From a virus (lineage: Duplodnaviria; Caudoviricetes), in the IMG/VR virus record IMGVR_UViG_3300012953_000012, positions 141,565 to 205,564 of that record: a DNA stretch of 64,000 bases; one strand, 5' to 3'. Below are positions 27,394 to 35,082 of the stretch, one piece after another. The notes beneath the pieces are model-generated. The model had not been told where the DNA came from, made no database searches, and worked only from the letters and a program-made list of their open reading frames with translations. How positions within the stretch are numbered: position 1 is the stretch's first letter; each line of letters opens with the position of its first letter. A program made the translations under genes and the position numbers.

Positions 27394-29040
27394 ATGACTA
27401 CTTCCATTTTGACCAGCCTGATGCGGCTGGGTGCCGAGATCTTCGGCAGCAACGAAGACCTCACCATGCTTCCCAAGGACGACCAGTCCGGCGGCGGCGA
27501 TGGTGAGTCTGATGACGACGACTCGGACCAGGACGGCGACGATGCCGATGAGTCCGGTGGCGACCAGGACGACAGCGATGCTGGCGACCAGGACGGTGAC
27601 CAGGACGGTGACCAGGACGACCAGTCCGGCGACGATGCCGATGGCGAGTCCGGCGAGTCTGGCGATGACCAGGACGACACCGATGGTGACGGCTCTGGTG
27701 AGTCCGGCGATGACACCGATGGTGACGAAGGCCAGGACGACGACGGCGACGACGGCGACGAGTCCAACGGTTCCGATGACGGTTCCGAGGGCGACGAGTC
27801 CGGCGACCAGCCCGGTGACGAGTCCGGTGACTCTGGCGAGGGCGACGGCTCCGACAAGACCGACGACAGCGACAGCGGCGAGCAGACCGACGACGTTGAT
27901 CCCCAGTCTGACAAGACCGCTGGCGGCTTTGATCCTGGCGAGGACTTCGCTGACGCCATGGTCGATGGCCTCAAGGCCCCCCAGGATCACATCAAGGACG
28001 CGGCTGACGCGCTGGCCGAAGCCACGGACAAGTGCCGCGACGAAGACGATGTTCACCCTGGTGAGCAGGTCTGGCGTCCCTACAACCCTGAGGCGGACGT
28101 CATCGTCAAGCCGAAGGGCGACCGAGAGTCGGCTGAGACCCTGCGGAAGGAGGCCAAGTTGCTGACCGCTGCCCTCCGCACACAGTTTCGGCGTCGGTTC
28201 CTGGCTGCGAAGAACCCCCGTGAACAGCACGGTGTTCGGCGCGGCAAGGACCTCTCCGAGCGTCGGCTCGTGGAGTCGTTCGTCGAGATCAAGTCCGGCG
28301 TGCGCCCCAGCCGCCCCGACTTCAAGGTCGAGTCCCAGAGGGACGTATCCCTGGCCCTCGGCGTCGTGATCGACCAGTCCGGCTCCATGCACGGTCGCGA
28401 GCAGCACGCTGCTGCGGTGGCTGCCCTGGCACTGGCTGAGTCCTTCGACTCCCTGAACTCCCCTGTGATGGTCTGCGGACCTCGCAACAGTGGGCGGGAC
28501 GTTCGACGGGCGGACACCGGCTACTACACGGACATCGACAACGACGACAGCCACACCGGCAGCGTCGATGTGATGCGAGGTCCGAGGTGTCACCGCTACG
28601 TCGCCACGGCCATCGACCTGTTCATGGACTGGGACGAGTCCTTCAAGCAGGTCAAGCACCGCTTCAGCAACGTCCGGGCTACGGGCTCCACGCCCCTGTC
28701 TGACGGCATCCAGTTCGCCATGCAGGAGTTGTCCAACCGCCCTGAGCGTCACCGGATCATCGTGGTCCTGACGGACGGGGAGCCGGACAACTCCGCTGTG
28801 GTGACCCGCCAGATCCGCCTGGCTCGTGAGGCCGGGATCACCGTGATCGGTGTCGGCATCAGCGGGGCCGAGTACGCGGTCCCCCGCCTGTTCGTTGACC
28901 ACCACATCGTCGTCAACGACCTCACGGAGTTGCCGAAGGCGATGATGGCTGTCGTCGGTGCCATCGTGTTCCCCCGGAGTGCCAAGAAGGCGGTCCTGGA
29001 CGGGCGCATCGGCACCCGGCGGCAACGTCGGCGGGCGTAG
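27394..29040 (+). CDS. vWA-domain (CobT-like) protein with long acidic linker
   Basis: MIDAS motifs VIDQSGSM, GSTPL, VLTDGEPD. Confidence 0.85.
   Translation: MTTSILTSLMRLGAEIFGSNEDLTMLPKDDQSGGGDGESDDDDSDQDGDDADESGGDQDDSDAGDQDGDQDGDQDDQSGDDADGESGESGDDQDDTDGDGSGESGDDTDGDEGQDDDGDDGDESNGSDDGSEGDESGDQPGDESGDSGEGDGSDKTDDSDSGEQTDDVDPQSDKTAGGFDPGEDFADAMVDGLKAPQDHIKDAADALAEATDKCRDEDDVHPGEQVWRPYNPEADVIVKPKGDRESAETLRKEAKLLTAALRTQFRRRFLAAKNPREQHGVRRGKDLSERRLVESFVEIKSGVRPSRPDFKVESQRDVSLALGVVIDQSGSMHGREQHAAAVAALALAESFDSLNSPVMVCGPRNSGRDVRRADTGYYTDIDNDDSHTGSVDVMRGPRCHRYVATAIDLFMDWDESFKQVKHRFSNVRATGSTPLSDGIQFAMQELSNRPERHRIIVVLTDGEPDNSAVVTRQIRLAREAGITVIGVGISGAEYAVPRLFVDHHIVVNDLTELPKAMMAVVGAIVFPRSAKKAVLDGRIGTRRQRRRA
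27480..27905 (+). repeat. Low-complexity D/G/E/S/Q-coding repeats
   Basis: Imperfect GACCAGGACGGT and GAGTCCGGC units encoding about 140 acidic residues. Confidence 0.8.
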
Positions 29041-29052
29041 CCCTCCCCTCTC

Positions 29053-29090
29053 CCCCAGGAAGCCCCCACGGGCTTCCTGGGGCTTCCCTT
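29053..29090 (+). terminator. Terminator-like hairpin
   Basis: CCCCAGGAAGCCC/GGGCTTCCTGGGG right after the vWA stop. Confidence 0.6.
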
Positions 29091-29114
29091 TCAACCTTCA
29101 ACCCAGGAGTCCAC

Positions 29115-29315
29115 ATGGACATCACTGACATGGGTGACGGGCGCATGGCCGTCACCGGAACCAAGGACGAGTTGGACGCGGCTACCCTCTGGGCACGCGC
29201 CATGCTCCACGCGGTCTTCGGTCCCGAGGGTGGTGAGCAACGCTTCAAGGCTATCCCGGCCCTGGCTGTGCTCATGGCCTACCGTGAGCGAGTCGCACAC
29301 GCCCCCGACTGCTGA
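29115..29315 (+). CDS. Small early hypothetical protein
   Basis: AGGAG RBS. Confidence 0.65.
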   Translation: MDITDMGDGRMAVTGTKDELDAATLWARAMLHAVFGPEGGEQRFKAIPALAVLMAYRERVAHAPDC

Positions 29316-29335
29316 TCTCAACAAACCCTTCAACC

Positions 29336-29381
29336 CGAAAACGGCCCCCACCTTGCCTTATGGCGGTGGGGGCCGTTTTCG
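29336..29381. terminator. Terminator hairpin
   Basis: 17-bp stem CGAAAACGGCCCCCACC/GGTGGGGGCCGTTTTCG. Confidence 0.7.
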
Positions 29382-29394
29382 TCGTTGCGGTGCC

Positions 29395-29424
29395 CGTTAA
29401 AAGTGCCTCCTGCTTCCGTAAAGA
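29395..29424 (+). promoter_or_regulatory. Early-class promoter
   Basis: CGTTAAAAGTGCCTCCTGCTTCCGTAAAGA. Confidence 0.75.
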
Positions 29425-29495
29425 GACACAGGGCAGCACCGCCCACCACCCTCTGCCCCGTTGGGGGCCTGGCCCACTGAGGCCCAAAGGAACCT

Positions 29496-29648
29496 ATCGC
29501 TACCAACGACCCCATCGTCCTCCCCACCGTCCCTGCCACCCCTTCCCTCATTGACCTGGCCAACCAGGCCGAAGACGCCCAGGTCGAAGCCCTGACCCCG
29601 GAGCAGGTCGAAGCCCTGCTCCGTCGCTTCACGCAGATGCTCGACTGA
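29496..29648 (+). CDS. Small acidic early protein (50 aa), candidate ATC start
   Basis: Early promoter, leader hairpin, AAAGGAA-CCT-ATC, strongly biased codons, downstream terminator; in-frame TGA at 29478. Confidence 0.6.
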   Translation: MATNDPIVLPTVPATPSLIDLANQAEDAQVEALTPEQVEALLRRFTQMLD

Positions 29649-29655
29649 TCCTGCT

Positions 29656-29690
29656 GCCCCCGCTCGCCCCGTGCGAGCGGGGGCCGTTTC
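29656..29690 (+). terminator. Terminator ending the rightward early arm
   Basis: 12-bp GC stem followed by CGTTTC. Confidence 0.6.
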
Positions 29691-29900
29691 GTTCGTCTCG
29701 GCTACCCCTCCGCGCTACCCCTCCACGGTGGCCCTCCAGGACGCGCCTCTCCCCCCACCGAGAAATAGGTGGAACCGCCGACATAAATCAAGGGGGGTCC
29801 CCGGCCTGTCATGACGGGCGCATTGAAACCGCGTCCAAAATCAGATTGCTGATCCCAACCCCCCTTGCCATCCCCTTTCCCTGCGGGAATCGAACCGGCG

Positions 29901-29996
29901 AGTAGACCCACAAGCAGACCTCCGAGCAGACCCACAAGTAGACGCTCTCACAGAGGGGGGCCTCTCTCACACGGGATCACGGGATCACGGGATCAC
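29901..29996. repeat. Short tandem repeats (12-bp AG(T/C)AGACC... x3.5; GGGATCAC x3)
   Basis: Read directly in the intergenic DNA. Confidence 0.7.
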
Positions 29997-30126
29997 TGAC
30001 TCCCCGGCTGCGAAATAGTTTCGCGGCTGGTCCCAGAACAAAAATCCCAACCCCCTCTCGGTGAGGGGACAGGACCAGGGGTGCGGACCCGTACAACAGG
30101 TCTCAACCCCAACGTGAGACTGAACC

Positions 30127-30765
30127 ATGCCCAGTGACGCCATTGACCTTCTGTTCGACTGGCAGGACGAAAGGCGGGAAGCGGATCGGGAGGAAGCCCC
30201 CCACGCCTCGCGCACGGAATCTCGGACGACGATTACGCCCAGAAAGGGTGGTTACAAGGTGAAGCCGTGGCCTCCCCGTGAGGTCACGGCGGAAGAACTC
30301 GCCAGCGGTCCTTCAAGAACTTGTATCCGGTGTGGGGTGGCCTACCCGGAGACAAAGGAGTTTTTCAAGTACCATCCACCTACCCGAACATGGAGGCAGG
30401 GTGGGTTTCTACCCCGATGTCGAGGCTGTCACCGCAAGGTAGTCCGTGACAATAAGCGTCGAGCACGCCACACCTTTGCTCAACGGTGCAGGACTATGCG
30501 ATTCGGGGCGCGTAAGCGGGAGATCGAGTGGGGTTTCGATGATCAAGAAGACCTCCGTGATCTCTACGACACCCCCTGCCACTACTGCGACGGCGAGGTA
30601 AAGAGCCGGATCGCTCTGGACCGAGTAGACAGCACCAAGGGGTATGTCCCCGGCAACGTGGTGCAGTGCTGTTCGACATGCAACGTGATGAAAATGCGCC
30701 TCTCCGTAGACGAGTGGGTGGACCACATGGAACGGGTGCTCAGTCACCTGCGCGGGACTTCTTGA
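30127..30765 (+). CDS. His-Me finger (HNH-like) endonuclease with zinc ribbons
   Basis: CHYCD...LDRVDSTKGYVPGNVVQCCSTCNVMK. Confidence 0.8.
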   Translation: MPSDAIDLLFDWQDERREADREEAPHASRTESRTTITPRKGGYKVKPWPPREVTAEELASGPSRTCIRCGVAYPETKEFFKYHPPTRTWRQGGFLPRCRGCHRKVVRDNKRRARHTFAQRCRTMRFGARKREIEWGFDDQEDLRDLYDTPCHYCDGEVKSRIALDRVDSTKGYVPGNVVQCCSTCNVMKMRLSVDEWVDHMERVLSHLRGTS

Positions 30766-30979
30766 AGCCCAGCCAGAAGCCCAGGGCGACCATCAGGTGC
30801 AGGCTGATGCTTGCGAACGTCTCAAAGTCGGCGTGGTAGTCGGTCAGATGCAGGTGTACCTGGCCTACGACCCAGAACGGGATCGCAAACTGCTCGCTGT
30901 ACCAGATCAGGCTGTACTCGATGAAGTCCTTGAACGCCTGCCTGGGTTGAGGCTCTGCGGCTTTGGGGTCATCCGTCAT
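30740..30979 (-). CDS. Small membrane protein
   Basis: Two hydrophobic segments; late-motif variant upstream. Confidence 0.55.
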   Translation of the reverse strand: MTDDPKAAEPQPRQAFKDFIEYSLIWYSEQFAIPFWVVGQVHLHLTDYHADFETFASISLHLMVALGFWLGFKKSRAGD

Positions 30980-30992
30980 GCCCCTGGCGTCT

Positions 30993-31009
30993 CTATAGAA
31001 ATCTCACCG
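30993..31009 (-). promoter_or_regulatory. Late-class motif variant CGGTGA-N5-CTATAG
   Basis: 13 nt upstream of ATG 30979. Confidence 0.45.
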
Positions 31010-31014
31010 CCGAG

Positions 31015-31043
31015 GGGGCGTTGATCCTCCGTTGATCTCGGTA
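31015..31043 (+). promoter_or_regulatory. Middle-class motif GGGGCG-TTGATCC...-CGGTA
   Basis: Same 18-nt spacing as the copies at 56201 and 57571. Confidence 0.5.
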
Positions 31044-31052
31044 GTAGGACCC

Positions 31053-31496
31053 ATGACGAAAGACCCACCACGCTTGACTGTTGAACTTGTCCCAAAGGGC
31101 CAGTGGGGTGCGAACCTCCGCTCGGAGTTGTCCCGCAAGGAGTGGGACCGCCTGCGAAGGGCTTCCTACAAGGCTGCCGACTACCGCTGCGAGATCTGCG
31201 GTGGCGTCGGGCGTCGGCATCCTGTCGAGTGCCATGAACGCTGGGACTACAACGAGGCTACGAAGACCCAGACCCTCGTGGGCTTGATCTCCCTGTGTCC
31301 TGCTTGTCATCAGGTCAAGCACATCGGGCGTTCGTTCGCCATCGGGAAGGGACCCCAGGCGATGGCTCACCTGATGAAGGTCAACGGCTGGAGCGAGGAC
31401 GAGGCCACCCTCTACGTCGAGGGTGCGTTTGAGGTCTGGCATCGCAGGAGCAACGAGGATTGGACCCTGGACATCTCCTGGGCCACCGATGCCTAA
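31053..31496 (+). CDS. HNH endonuclease family protein
   Basis: CEICGG...VECHERW...LISLCPACHQVKH. Confidence 0.85.
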   Translation: MTKDPPRLTVELVPKGQWGANLRSELSRKEWDRLRRASYKAADYRCEICGGVGRRHPVECHERWDYNEATKTQTLVGLISLCPACHQVKHIGRSFAIGKGPQAMAHLMKVNGWSEDEATLYVEGAFEVWHRRSNEDWTLDISWATDA

Positions 31497-31698
31497 ACGG
31501 ATCACGGAGGTCCAGATGCGCGTGCTGCGTGCGATGGACCCGAACGGCCCCGACTTCGACCCCGACCACCGACCCCGTGGTTCGCTGGAGCGTCTGGCGA
31601 AGAAGGGACTGGTCACCGGGGGCCGAAAAGAGGGTTGGAAGTTGACGTTTGCCGGGCGAGAGACCGTCCGCCGCCGCAGCGGGGAAGCGCCAGAATGA
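31489..31698 (+). CDS. Small winged-helix-like protein
   Basis: SLERLAKKGLV...WKLTFAGRE. Confidence 0.6.
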   Translation: MPKRITEVQMRVLRAMDPNGPDFDPDHRPRGSLERLAKKGLVTGGRKEGWKLTFAGRETVRRRSGEAPE

Positions 31699-31781
31699 CC
31701 TCATCAACGCAGTTTTCGCAAGGCTACCCGGTAGGATCACGCCTCGTATCAGTAAAGACCCTCACCAGAGAGGGTTTTACG

Positions 31782-33128
31782 ATGGCATCCAGCAACACCA
31801 CGACGTACAAAGGCGACTCACCCGGAAAAGCATTGGTCCGCATCCGCACCTGGGGGGCTATCCGAGCAACGATGTCTCGGTTGGGCATTCCTTTCCAGGG
31901 GGCGATGGTCCTCGCAGGGGAAGGAGGTGACCTCGGTGTCCTCGACGGAATGGGCTTCGACATGTCGAAGGTCGTCGCAGTAGACCGTGATCCCTTCATG
32001 GTCGAGTGGTGTCAGCACCACTACCCGGAAGTGGTCCCCGGCAAAGGCGAGTTGATGGACATCGCCGCAAGCGGCATCCTCCCCTACAACACCGCCCACA
32101 TCGACCTTTGTGGTGGTATCCGCAAGGCAGACAACATCCTCACTGTGGCTCGTGTGGCTCAAGGCATCCACTCACACCCTGCTGTGGTCGCCGTGACCAT
32201 GATCAAGGGCCGGGAAGGCAAAGCCGAGCAGGGCTTGATGGAGGGTGTCAAACGCGGTGTTCGACGACGCCTTCAGTTGCTCGCCCGGAAGAAGGGCGAC
32301 TCTCTGGCTGAACACGTTTACTCAGGCAAGCCCTTTCAGTCCCGGCAGATGTTGGATGTTGTCCACGCACAGATGCAGGAGATCATCCGCCGTGACCCGG
32401 AAACCCACGCGGGCATCTTGAAGAAGAACGGCAAGCCGACGACCTGGGGCATGGCGATGCAGCGGGCCATCATCCTTCAACACACCGTCGAGTACCTCTG
32501 GGAAGCCTGGAACGAGAGCGGGTGCGGGGTCAAGATGAACCTGCCGCCGGGGGAGCGCCTACACATGCAGCAGGTGGGCCTCATGGCCTACCACTCAGGG
32601 ACGAAGAAGGGTGGCGGTACGCCGTTCGTGACCGTGCTCTACCTCATCTACCGGACCTCCCAGAACCGAGCGGTGGTCGATTGGTTGGTCGATGGAGAAC
32701 GCCGCATGAACGCGACCGGCCTCTCTGGGGGGAGCCTTCCCTACGGGGAGATCACGCTCAAGGAGGCCCTGGAGTCCTTCAACCCCACCGTGGCCGCGAT
32801 GGCACGGGTCCAGGACCACAGCAAAGTGGCCCGGATGTTCGGGATCGATCCGAAGTCGATCCCCGCCATTCTCGCCCACGACACCCGAGGCACCTACAAA
32901 GGCAAGGCCCTCTGGCAAGCCCGCAAGGTGTTGGTCCCACAAGGGGCTGAGGGATCCTTCGCTACCAATGGTTGGGGCGGCCACGTCGCAACCTCCGACG
33001 AACACAGCGCCGCCACGAACGCCATGCGGGAACAGGTGGAAGCCTGGCTCGCCGCAGGGGGGACGGTCGAGACGTTCCCTGGCTTCCGCGAGATTGAACT
33101 CGCCAACTCACATTCGGAGTCGAAATGA
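31782..33128 (+). CDS. Hypothetical protein, possible SAM-dependent methyltransferase-like fold
   Basis: MVLAGEGGD...VVAVDRD resembles Rossmann motif I plus the acidic end of strand 2. Confidence 0.55.
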   Translation: MASSNTTTYKGDSPGKALVRIRTWGAIRATMSRLGIPFQGAMVLAGEGGDLGVLDGMGFDMSKVVAVDRDPFMVEWCQHHYPEVVPGKGELMDIAASGILPYNTAHIDLCGGIRKADNILTVARVAQGIHSHPAVVAVTMIKGREGKAEQGLMEGVKRGVRRRLQLLARKKGDSLAEHVYSGKPFQSRQMLDVVHAQMQEIIRRDPETHAGILKKNGKPTTWGMAMQRAIILQHTVEYLWEAWNESGCGVKMNLPPGERLHMQQVGLMAYHSGTKKGGGTPFVTVLYLIYRTSQNRAVVDWLVDGERRMNATGLSGGSLPYGEITLKEALESFNPTVAAMARVQDHSKVARMFGIDPKSIPAILAHDTRGTYKGKALWQARKVLVPQGAEGSFATNGWGGHVATSDEHSAATNAMREQVEAWLAAGGTVETFPGFREIELANSHSESK

Positions 33129-33649
33129 CCACCTCCACCGACACGACAGTGCAAGCCGTCTTCATCTCTGAGGAGTACACCTTCCTCTGCCACATCGTCC
33201 TCCTGGCCGAAGGCACCACCACGGCTCAGATCGAACAGTGGTGGCAGGAGTCGAAGGGGCGCTACAGCGACCCGCTTCCTGGGGAGGTCCGGCGCGACAC
33301 CATCATCTGGAAGCACAACCTGGAACCCGAGGACGGTTGGACCCCCGTGGACGAAACCTGGCCCCATCCAGGACAGGTGTTCCACCTCCTCAACCGGGAG
33401 GTCCACACCTACGACCCCACTGAGTACAAGATGCCTGAGGATTCAGCCTTCGTTCACACCCACATGGACGAGGACTCGTTCCTACGGCTCCCGGACGGCA
33501 CCTGTCACCCGCACCCGGACTACGACCCGTCCGACGACGACTCGGAGGACGACCAACCCCTGCTGTCCACCATGCTGCTGTGGGGCATGACCTCAGCGAG
33601 CAGCCTGCTGCCAACGTACAACAACCGCCGTAAGAAGGAGGCACGATGA
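33125..33649 (+). CDS. Hypothetical protein with HMDEDS motif (paralog 1)
   Basis: ATGA coupling; shares motifs with 33900-34205. Confidence 0.7.
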   Translation: MTTSTDTTVQAVFISEEYTFLCHIVLLAEGTTTAQIEQWWQESKGRYSDPLPGEVRRDTIIWKHNLEPEDGWTPVDETWPHPGQVFHLLNREVHTYDPTEYKMPEDSAFVHTHMDEDSFLRLPDGTCHPHPDYDPSDDDSEDDQPLLSTMLLWGMTSASSLLPTYNNRRKKEAR

Positions 33650-33897
33650 CCAACCGAAGCAAAGGCGAAGAGAACTTCATCGACCAGTACACCCGCAAGT
33701 TGATGGTGGACTGGGCGATCACCCAGGTCTCACGTCCAATGGACGAGGATCCTCTCAAGGCGATCACCCAGGGTCGTCCCGGCTCCCTCACGATCTTCGT
33801 TGAACACGCCTTGAAGAAGGGCTGGCTCACGAAGCGGGAGCCCCGCAGGCTCACGGCGAAAGGCTTCCAGGTCGCTGCATCCTTCCTCAAGAGGTAG
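33646..33897 (+). CDS. Small hypothetical protein (possible wHTH)
   Basis: AAGGAGG RBS; ALKKGWL...RRLTAKG. Confidence 0.65.
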   Translation: MTNRSKGEENFIDQYTRKLMVDWAITQVSRPMDEDPLKAITQGRPGSLTIFVEHALKKGWLTKREPRRLTAKGFQVAASFLKR

Positions 33898-33899
33898 TC

Positions 33900-34205
33900 A
33901 TGGCTGTCACGGTTTTTCTGGTCGAGGAGTACGGCTACCGCACCTGGATCTGGCGCACGGGCATGACCCCGACGCGGCTGATCGCCTGGTGGAAGGCCCT
34001 GCCGACTGTCTCACCCTTCTTCTTCAACCCCAGCGAGAGCGGACTGCCTGGCGACCTGACGCAGGCGGGAGAGACCGACCATGAGCCAGGCTGGTGGAGC
34101 GCACACCTCCACATGGACGAGGACTCCTGGCTCCGCACCCCCGACGACATTGAGATCCACCACGAAGGCTACACCGGAGAAAGGCATGAAACCCCACCCT
34201 CGTGA
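33900..34205 (+). CDS. Hypothetical protein with HMDEDS motif (paralog 2)
   Basis: VFLVEEY...WWK...HLHMDEDSWLR. Confidence 0.7.
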   Translation: MAVTVFLVEEYGYRTWIWRTGMTPTRLIAWWKALPTVSPFFFNPSESGLPGDLTQAGETDHEPGWWSAHLHMDEDSWLRTPDDIEIHHEGYTGERHETPPS

Positions 34206-34419
34206 GCGGGTCGCCCGCAACTTCATCAAGCGGTACGGCAGAGAGCAGTTTCGCTGGACCATCGAAGCCTTCGGGGAGCCCCGGTCAGGCCAGGAGGTCG
34301 CAAAGCGCCTGGGCGTGTCCCGAGAGCGCGTCCGACAGTGGCGCAACGCCTTTGGTCAGACCATCACCTTCTATCGCCTGCACCCGGAAACGAAGCGCAT
34401 CCTGGACGAGCCGGAATGA
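34186..34419 (+). CDS. HTH protein, sigma region-4-like
   Basis: SGQEVAKRLGVSRERVRQW. Confidence 0.75.
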   Translation: MKPHPRERVARNFIKRYGREQFRWTIEAFGEPRSGQEVAKRLGVSRERVRQWRNAFGQTITFYRLHPETKRILDEPE

Positions 34420-34423
34420 GGGG

Positions 34424-34440
34424 CGGTAGTGCGACTATAG
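34424..34440 (+). promoter_or_regulatory. Late-class motif CGGTAG-N5-CTATAG
   Basis: 33 nt upstream of the tagged gene at 34474. Confidence 0.7.
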
Positions 34441-34473
34441 GATCAGAAGGTCAAGACTTCTGGAGCGACCCCG

Positions 34474-35070
34474 ATGCCTCGTACCCTGACTGCCGCCGAC
34501 CGTAGTGCCCTGATTCGCCTTGCTTCGACCCTGGAGAAGGGTTCGCCCGAACGCAAGGCCATCCTCGCCGGACTGGGGAAGATGGCGTATGGCTGGAGCA
34601 GGTCTGAGAAGGAACTCGGTCGTAAGGCGATGGCGGAACTCGGACTCACCCAGGGCCAGATGTATGCCCTCCTGGACAGCATGGGTGCTATGTCCGCCCA
34701 CAATAAGAGCCTTCGTGACGGTGATGGCGAGAAGCCCATGAAGGGAAAGCGTGATTGGATCGCCATGTCCATGACAGACGGGTTGGTCCGCCCTCTCGGC
34801 AGGAAGACTCTGGGCCGCTTCTACGACATCGTGTACGGCGACCGGCGGCGTGCCGGACTGGAGAAGATGGCAAGGATGCCTTCTATGGTGCTCAACGATC
34901 CCAAAGCCTACTTGCGGTGGGCGCGGAAGACCTGGGAATACAACGTCAACAACCCCCGCCTGAAGTTCGATGCTGCCGTCGAAAAGACGCGCAAGAAGAA
35001 CCGGCTTCCCGATACTCCCGAAGGGCGTGCCGAGGCGGCATACCACGAGATCACGCTGCTCCAGGACTGA
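34474..35070 (+). CDS. Putative internal virion protein with LIRLAS tag
   Basis: MPRTLTAADRSALIRLASTLEKGSPERKAILAGLGKMA. Confidence 0.8.
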   Translation: MPRTLTAADRSALIRLASTLEKGSPERKAILAGLGKMAYGWSRSEKELGRKAMAELGLTQGQMYALLDSMGAMSAHNKSLRDGDGEKPMKGKRDWIAMSMTDGLVRPLGRKTLGRFYDIVYGDRRRAGLEKMARMPSMVLNDPKAYLRWARKTWEYNVNNPRLKFDAAVEKTRKKNRLPDTPEGRAEAAYHEITLLQD

Positions 35071-35082
35071 CTTACCTCGGGC

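Noticed and set aside
24158-29040. CobS/CobT as a cobalamin-biosynthesis auxiliary pathway linked to NrdJ
   Set aside because: No CobN or other cob genes; generic MoxR/vWA pairs are common in phages; early-promoter context suggests another role.
19245-29424. Repeated 30-bp elements as a CRISPR array or mobile-element ends
   Set aside because: Spacing is irregular (hundreds to thousands of bp), whole genes lie between them, orientation is divergent and there are no cas genes. They fit promoters better.
29882-29900. GGTTCGATTCCC T-loop-like sequence on the minus strand
   Set aside because: T-stem is mismatched and there is no acceptor, D or anticodon arm; not a tRNA.
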